Source: Candidatus Tepidifontimicrobium thermophilum (GTDB taxonomy: Bacteria > Sysuimicrobiota > Sysuimicrobiia > Sysuimicrobiales > Sysuimicrobiaceae). From it: a DNA stretch of 32,708 nt. Every line of letters begins with the position of its first letter. The stretch's first letter is position 1. Made by a program: the position numbers and the translations under genes. A model generated the notes under the pieces. That model searched no databases. It saw nothing but the letters and a program-made list of their open reading frames with translations, and was not told the origin of the DNA. Below are positions 1 to 8,443 of this stretch, one piece after another. The stretch covers positions 1 to 32,708 of the forward strand of contig JAVKHO010000005.1 in NCBI GenBank assembly GCA_031459915.1. The letters run 5' to 3'.

Positions 1-697
1 CTACCTGCCGTGGCTGCGGTACATGGCGAAGGCGGCGCTGGCGGATGTGTTCGTCCTCCTGGATGACGCGCAGTACACGAAAAACGGGTGGCAGAACCGC
101 AACCGCATCAAGACCGCGGACGGGTGGACGTACCTCACGGTGCCGGTGCACGCCCACGCGGACAGCCGGATCCTCGAGGTGGAAGTAGCGGGGGAGCGGT
201 GGCGCACCCAGCACTGGAAGTCCCTCCGGACCGCGTACGGGCGGGCGCCTTACTTTTCCTCGCACGCGGGATTTTTCGAAAGCTTCTACGCCACCCCTTG
301 GGAGCGTCTCGTGGACCTGAACCTCGCGAGCCTGGAATACCTCAGGTCCGCCCTCGGGATCCGGACGCCCTTCGTGCGGGCGTCGTCCCTAGGGGTGGCC
401 GGAGGGGGCAGCGAGCGACTCGTCCGGATCTGCAAGGAGCTGGGGGCTACCGTGTACCTGTCCGGTGCGTACGCGGCAGGCCACCACCTGGACCCACTGG
501 CCTTCGGAGGTTCGGGGGTGGCGTTGGCCGTCGTGGAGTGGGAGTGCCCCACCTACAGGCAGTGCCACCCGAAAGCGGGATTCGTGCCGGACTTGTCGGT
601 GGTGGACCTCCTGTTCAACGAGGGCCCGCGGGCCCTTGCGGTGCTCCTGGGAGGGGCCCGAATACTACAAGACGCGTCGGTGGGAGGGGTCGCGTGA
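1..697 (+). CDS. WbqC-family protein (putative glycyl/acyl transferase for amino-sugar modification), 5'-truncated by window edge
   Basis: Frame is open from base 2: YLPWLRYMAK...DVFVLLDDAQY..GWQNRNRIKT...LTVPV and C-terminal F.PDLSVVDLLFN.GP, typical of WbqC proteins; the true start lies upstream of the window. Confidence 0.85.
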   Translation, partial: YLPWLRYMAKAALADVFVLLDDAQYTKNGWQNRNRIKTADGWTYLTVPVHAHADSRILEVEVAGERWRTQHWKSLRTAYGRAPYFSSHAGFFESFYATPWERLVDLNLASLEYLRSALGIRTPFVRASSLGVAGGGSERLVRICKELGATVYLSGAYAAGHHLDPLAFGGSGVALAVVEWECPTYRQCHPKAGFVPDLSVVDLLFNEGPRALAVLLGGARILQDASVGGVA

Positions 698-1710
698 GCG
701 AACGCAGGGCGTGCGTGACGGGGGCAGCGGGCTTTATCGGCTCCTTCCTCTGCCGGAAGCTGTGGGAGGACGGCTGGCACGTCACGGCCCTGGACTGCTG
801 CGGTCCAGAGGGCCTGGGGCTCGTCGCCGACCTCCTGGGACGCGCCAGGTTCGCCTTCGTGCAAGGAGACGCGACACAGGGCCGGGACGTGGAGGAGGTA
901 GCCTCGGGCGCCGATGTGATCTTCCACCTGGCGTCCGTGGTGGGGGTGGGCGTGACCATCCAGGACCCGATCCGTACCATCCGCAACAACATCGACGGGA
1001 TGTTCAGCGTCCTGGAAGTGGCACGCCGGCAGGGGAGCAAGGTGGTGTTCAGCTCCTCCGCGGACGTATACGGCGTGCTAGACAAGGTCCCCTTGGAGGA
1101 GGACGACGACAACCTGTACGCGGGACCTCACGTGCGGCGTTGGGTGTACGCACGCGTCAAGTCCCTGGAGGAACAGCTCTGCTTCGAATACCACCGTCGC
1201 TATCGCCTGCCCACCGTGGTGGTACGCTACTTCAACTCCTACGGCTACGGGATGGACGCGCACTTTCCGCGCCGCGTGATTCCCCTGTTCATCAAGAGCA
1301 TCCTGGAAGGCCGGCCCCTGGAGGTGGTGGGGGACGGCCGCCAGACGCGGTCCTTCTGCCACGTGGACGACATGGTGGAGGGAACCCTTCTCGCCGCTCA
1401 GGTGCCGGAGGCCGTCGGCGAGGCGTTCAACATCGGGAACGACGAGGAGACCAGCATTCTGGACCTCGCCAGGAAAATGGTCTCCCTTGCAGAGGAACTC
1501 GGGATGGCCCGGAACCTCGGGTGGCGGTACCTGACGGCCGGGGAGGTCTACGGAGAAGAGTTCGAGGACATCCACCGGCGGGTCCCGGGACTGGCCAAGT
1601 CCCGCAGGATCCTGGGTTACGAGCCCCGCGTAGGGCTGGACGAAGGGCTCCGACGGACCCTGCGGGCGTACCGGGACCGCGGTGTCCCTGTGGGGGGAGT
1701 GAGGCGATGA
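694..1710 (+). CDS. NAD-dependent nucleotide-sugar epimerase/dehydratase (extended SDR)
   Basis: GTG at 694 overlaps the previous TGA (GTGA), GGAGG upstream; VTGAAGFIGS Rossmann motif, SSSADVYG, catalytic YARVK, VRYFNSYG, GDGRQTRSFCHVDD. Confidence 0.9.
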   Translation: MSERRACVTGAAGFIGSFLCRKLWEDGWHVTALDCCGPEGLGLVADLLGRARFAFVQGDATQGRDVEEVASGADVIFHLASVVGVGVTIQDPIRTIRNNIDGMFSVLEVARRQGSKVVFSSSADVYGVLDKVPLEEDDDNLYAGPHVRRWVYARVKSLEEQLCFEYHRRYRLPTVVVRYFNSYGYGMDAHFPRRVIPLFIKSILEGRPLEVVGDGRQTRSFCHVDDMVEGTLLAAQVPEAVGEAFNIGNDEETSILDLARKMVSLAEELGMARNLGWRYLTAGEVYGEEFEDIHRRVPGLAKSRRILGYEPRVGLDEGLRRTLRAYRDRGVPVGGVRR

Positions 1711-2411
1711 GCTGGTGGGGCGACCAGCGTGTGCTCGTGGTCATGCCGCACGCGGACGACGAGACGTTCGGGTGCGGCGGTACCCTGGCGCGGGTGAAGG
1801 CGGAGGGTGGGGAGGTGTTCGTGGTGGTGGCCGCGGTCGGTGAGTTGCGCCACTACGACCCCGAACACCCCAGGGTGACGGGGGACCAGAGAGCTCAAGA
1901 GTTCCGCGACGCCATGGAGGTCCTCGGGGTGGACGACTTCGAGGTGCTGTTCAACGACCCGAATCGCCACATGCGCCTGGACGCGGTGCCGCGGCTGGAG
2001 CTGGTGCGTTGGATCGAGTCCGAGGGACGGCTGAGCATCGACCGGGTCCGGCCCACGGTCCTCATCCTGCCCGCGGTCTCGTACAACCAGGACCACGAGG
2101 CGGTGTTCAAGGCGGGGTTTGCCGCGTGCCGGCCGCATCTCCCGTCCGTGAAGCCGTTCGTCCGGGTGGTGCTGGCGGCGGACGCCCCGCAGCTGGCGTG
2201 GAACCACACCCCGTTCCACCCGAACTTCTACGTGGACATCACGGGGTACCTCGACCGAAAGCTCCGGGCCCACGCCTGCCACCGGTCGCAGCTGCGTCCG
2301 CCGCCGCACCACGCCAGCTTGGAGCACCTCGAGCGGCTGGCACGGCTGCGGGGCTCGGAGGTGGCGGTGGAGGCCGCGGAGGCCTTCTACTGCTACCGCT
2401 ATGTGGTCTGA
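1707..2411 (+). CDS. PIG-L/LmbE-family N-deacetylase
   Basis: ATG at 1707 (ATGA overlap); VMPHADDETFGCGGT metal motif, NQDH motif, PNFYVDIT...K..A..CH.SQ, AEAF. Confidence 0.88.
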   Translation: MSWWGDQRVLVVMPHADDETFGCGGTLARVKAEGGEVFVVVAAVGELRHYDPEHPRVTGDQRAQEFRDAMEVLGVDDFEVLFNDPNRHMRLDAVPRLELVRWIESEGRLSIDRVRPTVLILPAVSYNQDHEAVFKAGFAACRPHLPSVKPFVRVVLAADAPQLAWNHTPFHPNFYVDITGYLDRKLRAHACHRSQLRPPPHHASLEHLERLARLRGSEVAVEAAEAFYCYRYVV

Positions 2412-3354
2412 GCGAGCAGACGGGATTTGCTTGCCGGCGGGCGTACAGGTCCTCGACTGTACGGTGCGGGACGGTGGGTTCACAAACGGGTGGGGGTTCT
2501 CCGTGGAGTTCGTGCGGGAACTGTACGAGGCCCTGGACGCGGCGGGGGTGGACTACTTTGAGTTGGGCTTCGCGAATGCGCGAGAACGGTGGCACGCCCC
2601 AAGCCCGCAGCGGTGGCAGGCGTTGACGGAGGAGCTGCTGCAGGCGGCGGTTCCGGCAAAGCGCAAGACGAGGCTCGCCGCCATGGTGGACACGTGGGGG
2701 GTCCCGCAGGGAGATGTTTTGCCGCGGGCGCGCAGCCGCCTCGACCTCGTCCGGGTGGCGTGCCGGCGGGAGTCACTGCGGGAGGGGCTGGAGCTGGTGG
2801 GGCGTTTTCAGCGGGCGGGCTACGGGACCGCCTTGAACCTGCTGGCGGTCTCCGAGCTCGGTCCAGCGGACCTGTCGACCGCTCTGCAGTACCTGGCCGA
2901 GTGTCCCGCGGACGTAGTGTACGTGGTGGATTCCTACGGCCACCTGGAACCCTCCAGGGTGAGGGACTTGGTCCGGCGGTTCCGGACCGCACTCCCGCAC
3001 AAGACCGTGGGGTTCCACGGCCACAACAACCGACAGCTCGCCCTGGCCAACACCCTCGCCGCCGCGGCCGCTGGCGCCGGCTACGTAGACGCGAGCCTGC
3101 TCGGGATGGGCCGTGGTGCCGGAAACTGCCCCCTGGAGCTTCTCTTGGGCTTTTCGGAGGCCCCGCGGGACAGGCTCGTGCCGCTGCTGCGCTTTGTGCA
3201 ACGCCGCGGGGCTGAACTCCCTCCCCCGTCCCGTTGGGCCTACGGGCTGCCCCTCATGCTCACGGGCCTGTTGAACCGCCACCCCCGGGAGGCCACGGAG
3301 GGACTTGTGCGGGAGTTCATCGGAGTTGGCACGGAGGAGGCGCCGGCCACGTGA
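2401..3354 (+). CDS. DRE-TIM (HMGL-like) aldolase/pyruvate carboxyltransferase-family protein, 4-hydroxy-2-oxovalerate aldolase-like
   Basis: LDCTVRDGG, YVVDSYG, GFHGHNNRQLALANT, DASLLGMGRGAGNCPLE motifs; lacks the DmpG C-terminal communication domain. Confidence 0.8.
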   Translation: MWSERADGICLPAGVQVLDCTVRDGGFTNGWGFSVEFVRELYEALDAAGVDYFELGFANARERWHAPSPQRWQALTEELLQAAVPAKRKTRLAAMVDTWGVPQGDVLPRARSRLDLVRVACRRESLREGLELVGRFQRAGYGTALNLLAVSELGPADLSTALQYLAECPADVVYVVDSYGHLEPSRVRDLVRRFRTALPHKTVGFHGHNNRQLALANTLAAAAAGAGYVDASLLGMGRGAGNCPLELLLGFSEAPRDRLVPLLRFVQRRGAELPPPSRWAYGLPLMLTGLLNRHPREATEGLVREFIGVGTEEAPAT

Positions 3355-4415
3355 GGCCCCGGATCCCTCACTCCCGGCCCAGCCTCGGGCCCCCTGAAGA
3401 GGAGGCGGCCCGGCGGGTGCTTTCCTCGGGTCAGCTGGCCGCGGACTGGGAGGTGCGGCGCTTCGAGGAGGAAGTCGCCTGCTGGCTCGGCCTCACGGGG
3501 GGCGTGGCCACCAGCTCGGGTACGGCCGCCCTGCACGTCGCGCTGCTGGCCCTGGGGGTTGGCCCCGGGCACGAGGTCATCGTCCCGACGTACGTGTGCA
3601 GCGCGGTGCTCCACGCGGTGCAGGCTGTGGGGGCCCGTCCTGTGCCCGTGGACGTGCTGCCGGACGGTAACCTGGACCCTGACGCCGCCCGGGCGTCCGC
3701 AAGCCCCCGCACCCGAGCGGTGGTGGTCACCCACGCCTTCGGCCGGCCGGCGGATCTGGACGCCGTGCTGCGGCTCGGTGTCCCCGTGGTGGAGGACATC
3801 GCGCAGTCGCTGGGAGCACGGTACCGGGGACGGCTGGTGGGCTCCTTCGGAGACGTGGCCGTGTGTTCGTTTTACGCGACGAAGCTGATCACCTCAGGCG
3901 GTGAGGGAGGTATGGTGTTGGCAAAAGACGCCGGCTTGCTGCGGCGGGCCCGGTCCCTGTGTACCTCCGACGCCCGGGGGCGCGAGCAGCGCTTCAACTA
4001 CCGGATGACGGACCTCGCAGCCGCCGTGGGCCGGGTGCAGCTCCGACGGCTGCCGGAGTTCCTCGCTACCCGGTGGCGCCTGGCCGGTGCGTACGACCGG
4101 GCGCTCGCTGGCCTGGGGCTGGAACTTCCTCCTGCAGCCCGCCCGGGGGCGGAGCCCGTAGCGTACCGGTACGTGGTCCGGCATCCGGAAGCCGGCCGGC
4201 TCTTGCTGGTCCTCCGGCGTGCGGGCGTGGAAGCGAAGCGGCCGGTCAAACAACCGCTGCACCGTGCCCTGGGTCTAGACGGGTTCCCGGTGGCAGACGG
4301 CCTGCACGCCACCGCGGTGTCACTCCCCATCTACCCGTCCCTGTCAGAGCAGCACGTCCACGGGGTGGCGGAGGTTGTCCGCGCGGCCCTGGAGGTCCCC
4401 GGTGGAGTGGCTTAG
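3351..4415 (+). CDS. DegT/DnrJ/EryC1/StrS-family PLP-dependent sugar aminotransferase
   Basis: GTG at 3351 (GTGA overlap, GGAGGAGG SD); TSSGTAALHVAL, GPGHEVIVP, VEDIAQSLGA, SFYATKLITSGGEGG (PLP lysine), FNYRMTD, SLPIYP. Confidence 0.9.
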   Translation: MRPRIPHSRPSLGPPEEEAARRVLSSGQLAADWEVRRFEEEVACWLGLTGGVATSSGTAALHVALLALGVGPGHEVIVPTYVCSAVLHAVQAVGARPVPVDVLPDGNLDPDAARASASPRTRAVVVTHAFGRPADLDAVLRLGVPVVEDIAQSLGARYRGRLVGSFGDVAVCSFYATKLITSGGEGGMVLAKDAGLLRRARSLCTSDARGREQRFNYRMTDLAAAVGRVQLRRLPEFLATRWRLAGAYDRALAGLGLELPPAARPGAEPVAYRYVVRHPEAGRLLLVLRRAGVEAKRPVKQPLHRALGLDGFPVADGLHATAVSLPIYPSLSEQHVHGVAEVVRAALEVPGGVA

Positions 4416-5442
4416 CCCGGCGCTGTCGTTCGGCCTGGCCCTGGCCCTGGTGCCCGCAGCTCGGTGGGTTGCCCTGCGTACCGGGGCGGTAGACCTCCCC
4501 GGGGGCCACAAGGCCCACGGCCGGCCGGTGGCCTTGCTGGGTGGGCCGGCGGTACTGCTCACGGTGACCTGCGTCCTCATGCTGGTCCGGCCGTCTGAGC
4601 TCCCCTGGGTGCTGGCTCCGCTCGTCTTGGTGGCCCTCGGCCTGGTGGACGACCTGTGGGGTGTGCGGGCGCCGCTGCGGCTCGCGGTGGAGGTCGCGGT
4701 GTGCTTGGCGCTCCTGTGGGCCACGGGCACGCGTCTGTGGGCGCCCTCCTTCGTCCCCGGTTGGCTGGCGACGGCGCTTTCGGCCCTCTGGCTGGTAGGC
4801 GTGGTGAACGCTGCCAACTGTTTCGACTGCGTGGACGGTAGCCTGGCAGGTGTGGGAGTGCTCGCGGCGCTGGGCGTGGCGGGCGTTGCTTCCGTGGTCG
4901 GGGACGGCGTCTGGCTGCCTTCCGTAGTGCTGGCCGGAGCCCTGGTCAGCTTCTGGCTGCACAACCGGCCACCGGCCCACATCTTCCTGGGCGACGCGGG
5001 GAGCCTGCCGGTGGGGCTAGTGCTGGGGTGGCTGGCGGTGCGGTCGGCGTCCGAGCAGCCCGCGTCCTACACCTTGGCCGCGCTCCTGGTGGTCTCTGTC
5101 CCCGTGTTCGACTTCCTGGCGGTTCACCTGCGGCGATGGCACCGGCTGGGCTGGCGAGGGCTCATGGAGTCCGTGGGACGGGAACACCTGCCCCACCGGC
5201 TGGTGGGGTGGGCAGGAAGTCCGACGCGCGGCCTGGCGGCTCTGTACCTGCTCCAGCTCGCCGCCACGCTCGGAGCCCTCGTGGCCGCGTCCTTCCGCAG
5301 CCCATGGCCTGGCCTAGCCGTCCTGTTCGCGTGGGTCGCTGTCCTCCTGTGGGTGGACGACCGCCTGCCCCGCCCTTCCGCGCCGACGAAGGAGACGACA
5401 ACACCCACTCCGGCCCGTGCCCGTCCCGAGAGCGTGGGTTGA
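4402..5442 (+). CDS. MraY/WecA-family (glycosyltransferase 4) polyprenyl-phosphate sugar-1-phosphate transferase
   Basis: Multi-TM hydrophobic protein; D.PGGHKAHGRPVALLGG, GLVDDL, NAANCFDCVDG, NRPPAHIFLGDAGS, HLPHRL. Start placed at GTG 4402 behind GGAGG (4391-4395). Confidence 0.87.
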   Translation: MEWLSPALSFGLALALVPAARWVALRTGAVDLPGGHKAHGRPVALLGGPAVLLTVTCVLMLVRPSELPWVLAPLVLVALGLVDDLWGVRAPLRLAVEVAVCLALLWATGTRLWAPSFVPGWLATALSALWLVGVVNAANCFDCVDGSLAGVGVLAALGVAGVASVVGDGVWLPSVVLAGALVSFWLHNRPPAHIFLGDAGSLPVGLVLGWLAVRSASEQPASYTLAALLVVSVPVFDFLAVHLRRWHRLGWRGLMESVGREHLPHRLVGWAGSPTRGLAALYLLQLAATLGALVAASFRSPWPGLAVLFAWVAVLLWVDDRLPRPSAPTKETTTPTPARARPESVG

Positions 5443-5445
5443 GCG

Positions 5446-5865
5446 ATGGACGAGAGGGCCCTGCGCTACCTTGAGGCTGCCCTGGACGCGGCGGAGCAGC
5501 AGTTCGTGGCGCTTCTGTCCCAGCACAAGTTGTTCCTGGACAACGGGGCGGGCTCGCCCGCGGGACGCCTGGTGGGCGACCTCCGCCGCGTGCTGGCGGC
5601 GGTGGTGGAGCTGGAGGGCCGAAGGGACGTCACGTTCCCAAACCTGGACCGCCTGCGGACCCTTCGGGCCCGCGCCGTCTGGCTGTACCGCCGCCTCGTG
5701 CAGGAGCGCCTGTTCGCGCGGAAGGTCCAGCTGGAAGAGAGACTGAAGTCGATGATCAGCCCCGAGGCGTACCAAGTCTACCTGGAGTTGCAGGCCTGCG
5801 AGGTGGAGGAGGAGGCGGACCGCGCGGCCACGGACGGGGAGCTGGCGGCGCGTCTGCTGGCATGA
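5446..5865 (+). CDS. Hypothetical protein, 139 aa, predicted helical
   Basis: ATG 3 bp after the previous stop; codon and amino-acid usage like neighbouring genes; no motif recognised. Confidence 0.7.
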   Translation: MDERALRYLEAALDAAEQQFVALLSQHKLFLDNGAGSPAGRLVGDLRRVLAAVVELEGRRDVTFPNLDRLRTLRARAVWLYRRLVQERLFARKVQLEERLKSMISPEAYQVYLELQACEVEEEADRAATDGELAARLLA

Positions 5866-5908
5866 CGGGAACAGGGTGCTGAACAACGGTGGGGTGGCCC
5901 GGGTGCCG

Positions 5909-5914
5909 TATACT
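5909..5914 (+). promoter_or_regulatory. Putative -10 element (TATACT) for the tRNA-Val gene
   Basis: TATACT 11 bp upstream of the tRNA 5' end in otherwise GC-rich DNA; no convincing -35. Confidence 0.4.
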
Positions 5915-5925
5915 AGATCATGAGC

Positions 5926-6000
5926 GGGCGCTTAGCTCAGAGGGAGAGCGCTTCCTTGACGCGGAAGAGGTCGGAGGTTCAAGTCCTCCAGCGCCCACCA
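5926..6000 (+). tRNA. tRNA-Val (anticodon GAC)
   Basis: GGGCGCT/AGCGCCC acceptor stem, GCTC/GAGC D-stem, CTTCC-TTGACGC-GGAAG anticodon arm, GGAGG-TTCAAGT-CCTCC T arm, encoded CCA end; 75 nt. Confidence 0.96.
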
Positions 6001-6010
6001 CGGAACCTGC

Positions 6011-6034
6011 CCCTGGCTTCCGGGCGCCAGGGTT
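6011..6034 (+). terminator. Possible weak terminator/processing hairpin after tRNA-Val
   Basis: CCCTGGC-N8-GCCAGGG stem followed by only two T residues. Confidence 0.3.
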
Positions 6035-6068
6035 GGCGGGCGCCGGAGTGCGCGCGCGGAAGCCGGCG

Positions 6069-7238
6069 ATGATTCCTCCGGAGACGAGGGCCACAGGTAG
6101 CCTGACCCTCGAGCTGTTGACAAGATCAGAGGAACTCCACCACCTGGCAACTGACTGGGACGGTCTCGCCCGAGAGTCCGGCGCCTCGGTCTTCCACACC
6201 GCGGCCTGGGTGCAAACCTGGTGGGAGGCGTTCGGTCACGGCAGAAGCCTGCGGGCGCTGGTGGTCCGGAGCGGCGGGCAGCTGGCGGGGATTCTGCCCT
6301 TGTGCCTGGATCGCACCCGCTCGGGTGCGCGACGGCTGCGGGCTGTTGGAAGCCCTGAGGCGGACTACGGCGGCGTACTCGTGCATCCGCACCTCTGGGA
6401 GTCCGCGGTGGAGTTTCTAGCGGATGCCCTCTACGGCGACCGCGGCTGGGACGTCCTGTGGCTGCCGCAGGTGCCCGAGGCGTGCCAGGCGACACGGCTA
6501 CTCCTGGGCCGCCTCCGGGAGAAGGGCTGTCGTGTGGTGGAGCGGCGGAGCTGGTGCTATCGGGTCCGCCTGCCGGCCTCCTGGGAAGAGTACCTGGAGA
6601 CGTTGAGCCGGCCCACGCGTAGACGCCTGCTTCAGAAGGCGAGGCGTCTTTTGGAACTGGATGCGCGGGCAGACCGTGCGGACGCCTGCGGCCAAGGGGT
6701 CGACGATTTCGCGGCCCTGCACACCAGGCAGTGGGCGCGGCGCGGCCAGAGCGGGGCCTTCGCGAGTCCGGGCACCCTTCGGTTCCACCGTCTCCTGGCG
6801 GAAGCCCTGGCCGCGCGGGGCTGGCTCGATCTCTGGTGGCTCAAGGTGGGGGAGACGGTACAGGCGGCGGTGTACGACTTCCGGTTCGGCCGGTCTGTCT
6901 ACAGCTACCTCTCCGCGGTCAACCCGGACGGCCTCCTCCGTTTGTCGCCCGGACTCGTGCTGACCCTGTGGCGCATCCGGGCCGCCATCGAGGACGGCTA
7001 CGCCGACTACGACCTCCTGCGCGGTGACGAGCCGTACAAGGAATCCCTAGGCGCGCAGCCTTACCCTACGTCCACTTACCTGGTCGGCCGCCCCGGACGC
7101 TGGCGGGCGTGGTGGTACCTCGCCCTGGCTCCCCTCCGTGACGCCCTGACTCGAAGGGAGGGACGGACCACGCCTGAGGGCGGGGCGGGTCCAGGTCGTC
7201 ACGGGCCAAGGACCGGCCGTCGCTCGGTTGAGCCCTGA
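6069..7238 (+). CDS. GNAT-family N-acyltransferase, CelD/BcsL-like (Acetyltransf_6)
   Basis: SVFHTAAWVQTWW.AFG, LAGILPL, LPASWEEYL..LS...RR, LH.RQW, LSPGLVL, YDLLRGDEPYK motifs. Start set at the first ATG after the tRNA; exact start uncertain. Confidence 0.82.
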   Translation: MIPPETRATGSLTLELLTRSEELHHLATDWDGLARESGASVFHTAAWVQTWWEAFGHGRSLRALVVRSGGQLAGILPLCLDRTRSGARRLRAVGSPEADYGGVLVHPHLWESAVEFLADALYGDRGWDVLWLPQVPEACQATRLLLGRLREKGCRVVERRSWCYRVRLPASWEEYLETLSRPTRRRLLQKARRLLELDARADRADACGQGVDDFAALHTRQWARRGQSGAFASPGTLRFHRLLAEALAARGWLDLWWLKVGETVQAAVYDFRFGRSVYSYLSAVNPDGLLRLSPGLVLTLWRIRAAIEDGYADYDLLRGDEPYKESLGAQPYPTSTYLVGRPGRWRAWWYLALAPLRDALTRREGRTTPEGGAGPGRHGPRTGRRSVEP

Positions 7239-7256
7239 CGGGACGGGGGCTATGAT
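7228..7256 (+). promoter_or_regulatory. Sigma70-type promoter for ttuB-ttuA-trmI (TTGAGC-17 bp-TATGAT)
   Basis: -35 TTGAGC 7228-7233, 17-bp spacer, -10 TATGAT 7251-7256; the predicted +1 coincides with the GTG start at 7263. Confidence 0.65.
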
Positions 7257-7262
7257 GGCCCC

Positions 7263-7457
7263 GTGAAGGTCCGGATCCGTCACCAGAGGCGTGAGGTCGA
7301 GCTGGCGGGCGTCCGGAGCGTGCGGGAGCTGCTGGATCGCCTGCAGCTGAACCCCGAGACGGTGCTGGTGGTTCGGGGCTCGGAGCTGCTGACCCGGGAC
7401 GCGCGCCTGGGGGAGGACGACGAGGTGGAGATCCGGCCGGTGGTTTCCGGAGGGTAG
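7263..7457 (+). CDS. ttuB: Ubiquitin-like sulfur carrier TtuB (MoaD/ThiS family)
   Basis: 64 aa beta-grasp protein ending VEIRPVVSGG (C-terminal di-glycine), directly upstream of a TtuA homologue. Confidence 0.88.
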   Translation: MKVRIRHQRREVELAGVRSVRELLDRLQLNPETVLVVRGSELLTRDARLGEDDEVEIRPVVSGG

Positions 7458-7459
7458 CG

Positions 7460-8443
7460 GTGCGCTGCGTGAAGTGCAAGGCCCAGGCCCAGGTGGAGGT
7501 GCGCCGGCACCACGCGGCCTTCTGCGGACCCCACTTCCTGGAGTGGTTCGAAGCGCAGGTGGAACGGGCGGTCCGGCGCGAGCGTATGTTCGGGCCCCAG
7601 GATCGGGTGCTGGTGGCGGTCTCCGGCGGCAAGGACAGCCTGGTGCTGTGGGACGTACTCCTGCGCCGGGGCTACCGCGCCAGCGGCCTGCACCTGAACC
7701 TGGGAATCGGGGAGTACTCCCGGCAGAGCCAGGAAAAGTGTGAGGCTTTCGCCCGCCAGCGGGGGGCGGAGCTCCTGGTGGTGGACATCCCGTCGGAGTA
7801 CGGCGTGGGCGTGGAGGGGCTGGCGGAGCTGGCCGGCCGGGTGGCGTGCTCGGCGTGCGGGCTCAGCAAGCGGTACCTGTTCAACCGGGTGGCCCGGGAG
7901 CGGGGGTTTGACGTGGTGGCCACGGCCCACAACCTGGACGATGAGGCCGCGGTGCTGCTCGGCAACCTCATCGCGGGGAACGTGGACGCCCTGGTCCGCC
8001 AGTCGCCCGTCCTGGACAGCGGGCACCCGGGGCTGGTGAGGAAGGTCAAGCCCCTGTACCGCATCGCGGAGCGGGAGACCGCTGCCTACGCGGTGCTGCG
8101 GGGGATCGACTACGTCCTGGACGAGTGCCCCAACAGCGTGGGCGCGCGGTCCCTGCTCCTGAAGGAGGCCCTGAACCTCCTGGAACGGGACGCCCCCGGG
8201 ACCAAGCAGAGCCTGTACTGGAACTTCCTGGAAAAGCTCCGGCCGCTTCTGCGCGCGGCCTCGGAGCCTGTGGCGCTGCGCAGCTGCCTGCATTGCGGCC
8301 AGCCGACGACCGCGGAGGTGTGCGCGTTCTGTCGGATGACGGAGCGGGTGGCCCACAAGCTGCGCTCCCGCGTGGTCGCCCCCGCGCAGGCCGGCCGGGA
8401 GCCGGTGGGAGCCCGCAGCGGTCCTGGGCCCGACCCCGCATGA
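7460..8443 (+). CDS. ttuA: tRNA 5-methyluridine(54) 2-sulfurtransferase TtuA (TtcA/Ctu1 family)
   Basis: N-terminal Zn finger CVKC...FCGPH, PP-loop AVSGGKDS, CSACG..KRY, TAHNLDDEA, DECP, C-terminal CLHCG....EVCAFC; paired with ttuB. Confidence 0.9.
   Translation: MRCVKCKAQAQVEVRRHHAAFCGPHFLEWFEAQVERAVRRERMFGPQDRVLVAVSGGKDSLVLWDVLLRRGYRASGLHLNLGIGEYSRQSQEKCEAFARQRGAELLVVDIPSEYGVGVEGLAELAGRVACSACGLSKRYLFNRVARERGFDVVATAHNLDDEAAVLLGNLIAGNVDALVRQSPVLDSGHPGLVRKVKPLYRIAERETAAYAVLRGIDYVLDECPNSVGARSLLLKEALNLLERDAPGTKQSLYWNFLEKLRPLLRAASEPVALRSCLHCGQPTTAEVCAFCRMTERVAHKLRSRVVAPAQAGREPVGARSGPGPDPA

Noticed and set aside
88..693. N-terminal extensions in the ORF track suggesting fusions (88-1710, 465-2411, 8125-9267, 10301-11803, 16409-18325, 24316-25653, 25310-26992, 29504-31084)
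   Set aside because: The extensions are low-complexity R/G/P-rich alternate frames of the upstream genes; real starts are marked by SD motifs or 4-bp overlaps. The 31089 fusion differs because both halves are recognisable domains in one frame.
2401..3354. Second copy of catabolic dmpG
   Set aside because: Lacks DmpG-specific motifs (HGDGL, GQED) and a dmpF partner, and is coupled to glycan genes.
5926..6000. tRNA-Val as an integration site for a genomic island
   Set aside because: No integrase or transposase in the window, no duplicated tRNA 3' end seen, and the flanking DNA has no obvious compositional shift.
5889..6068. GNAT ORF apparently starting upstream of and reading through the tRNA
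   Set aside because: The region is a well-formed tRNA-Val; the open frame is incidental and GNAT-like sequence begins after about 6069.
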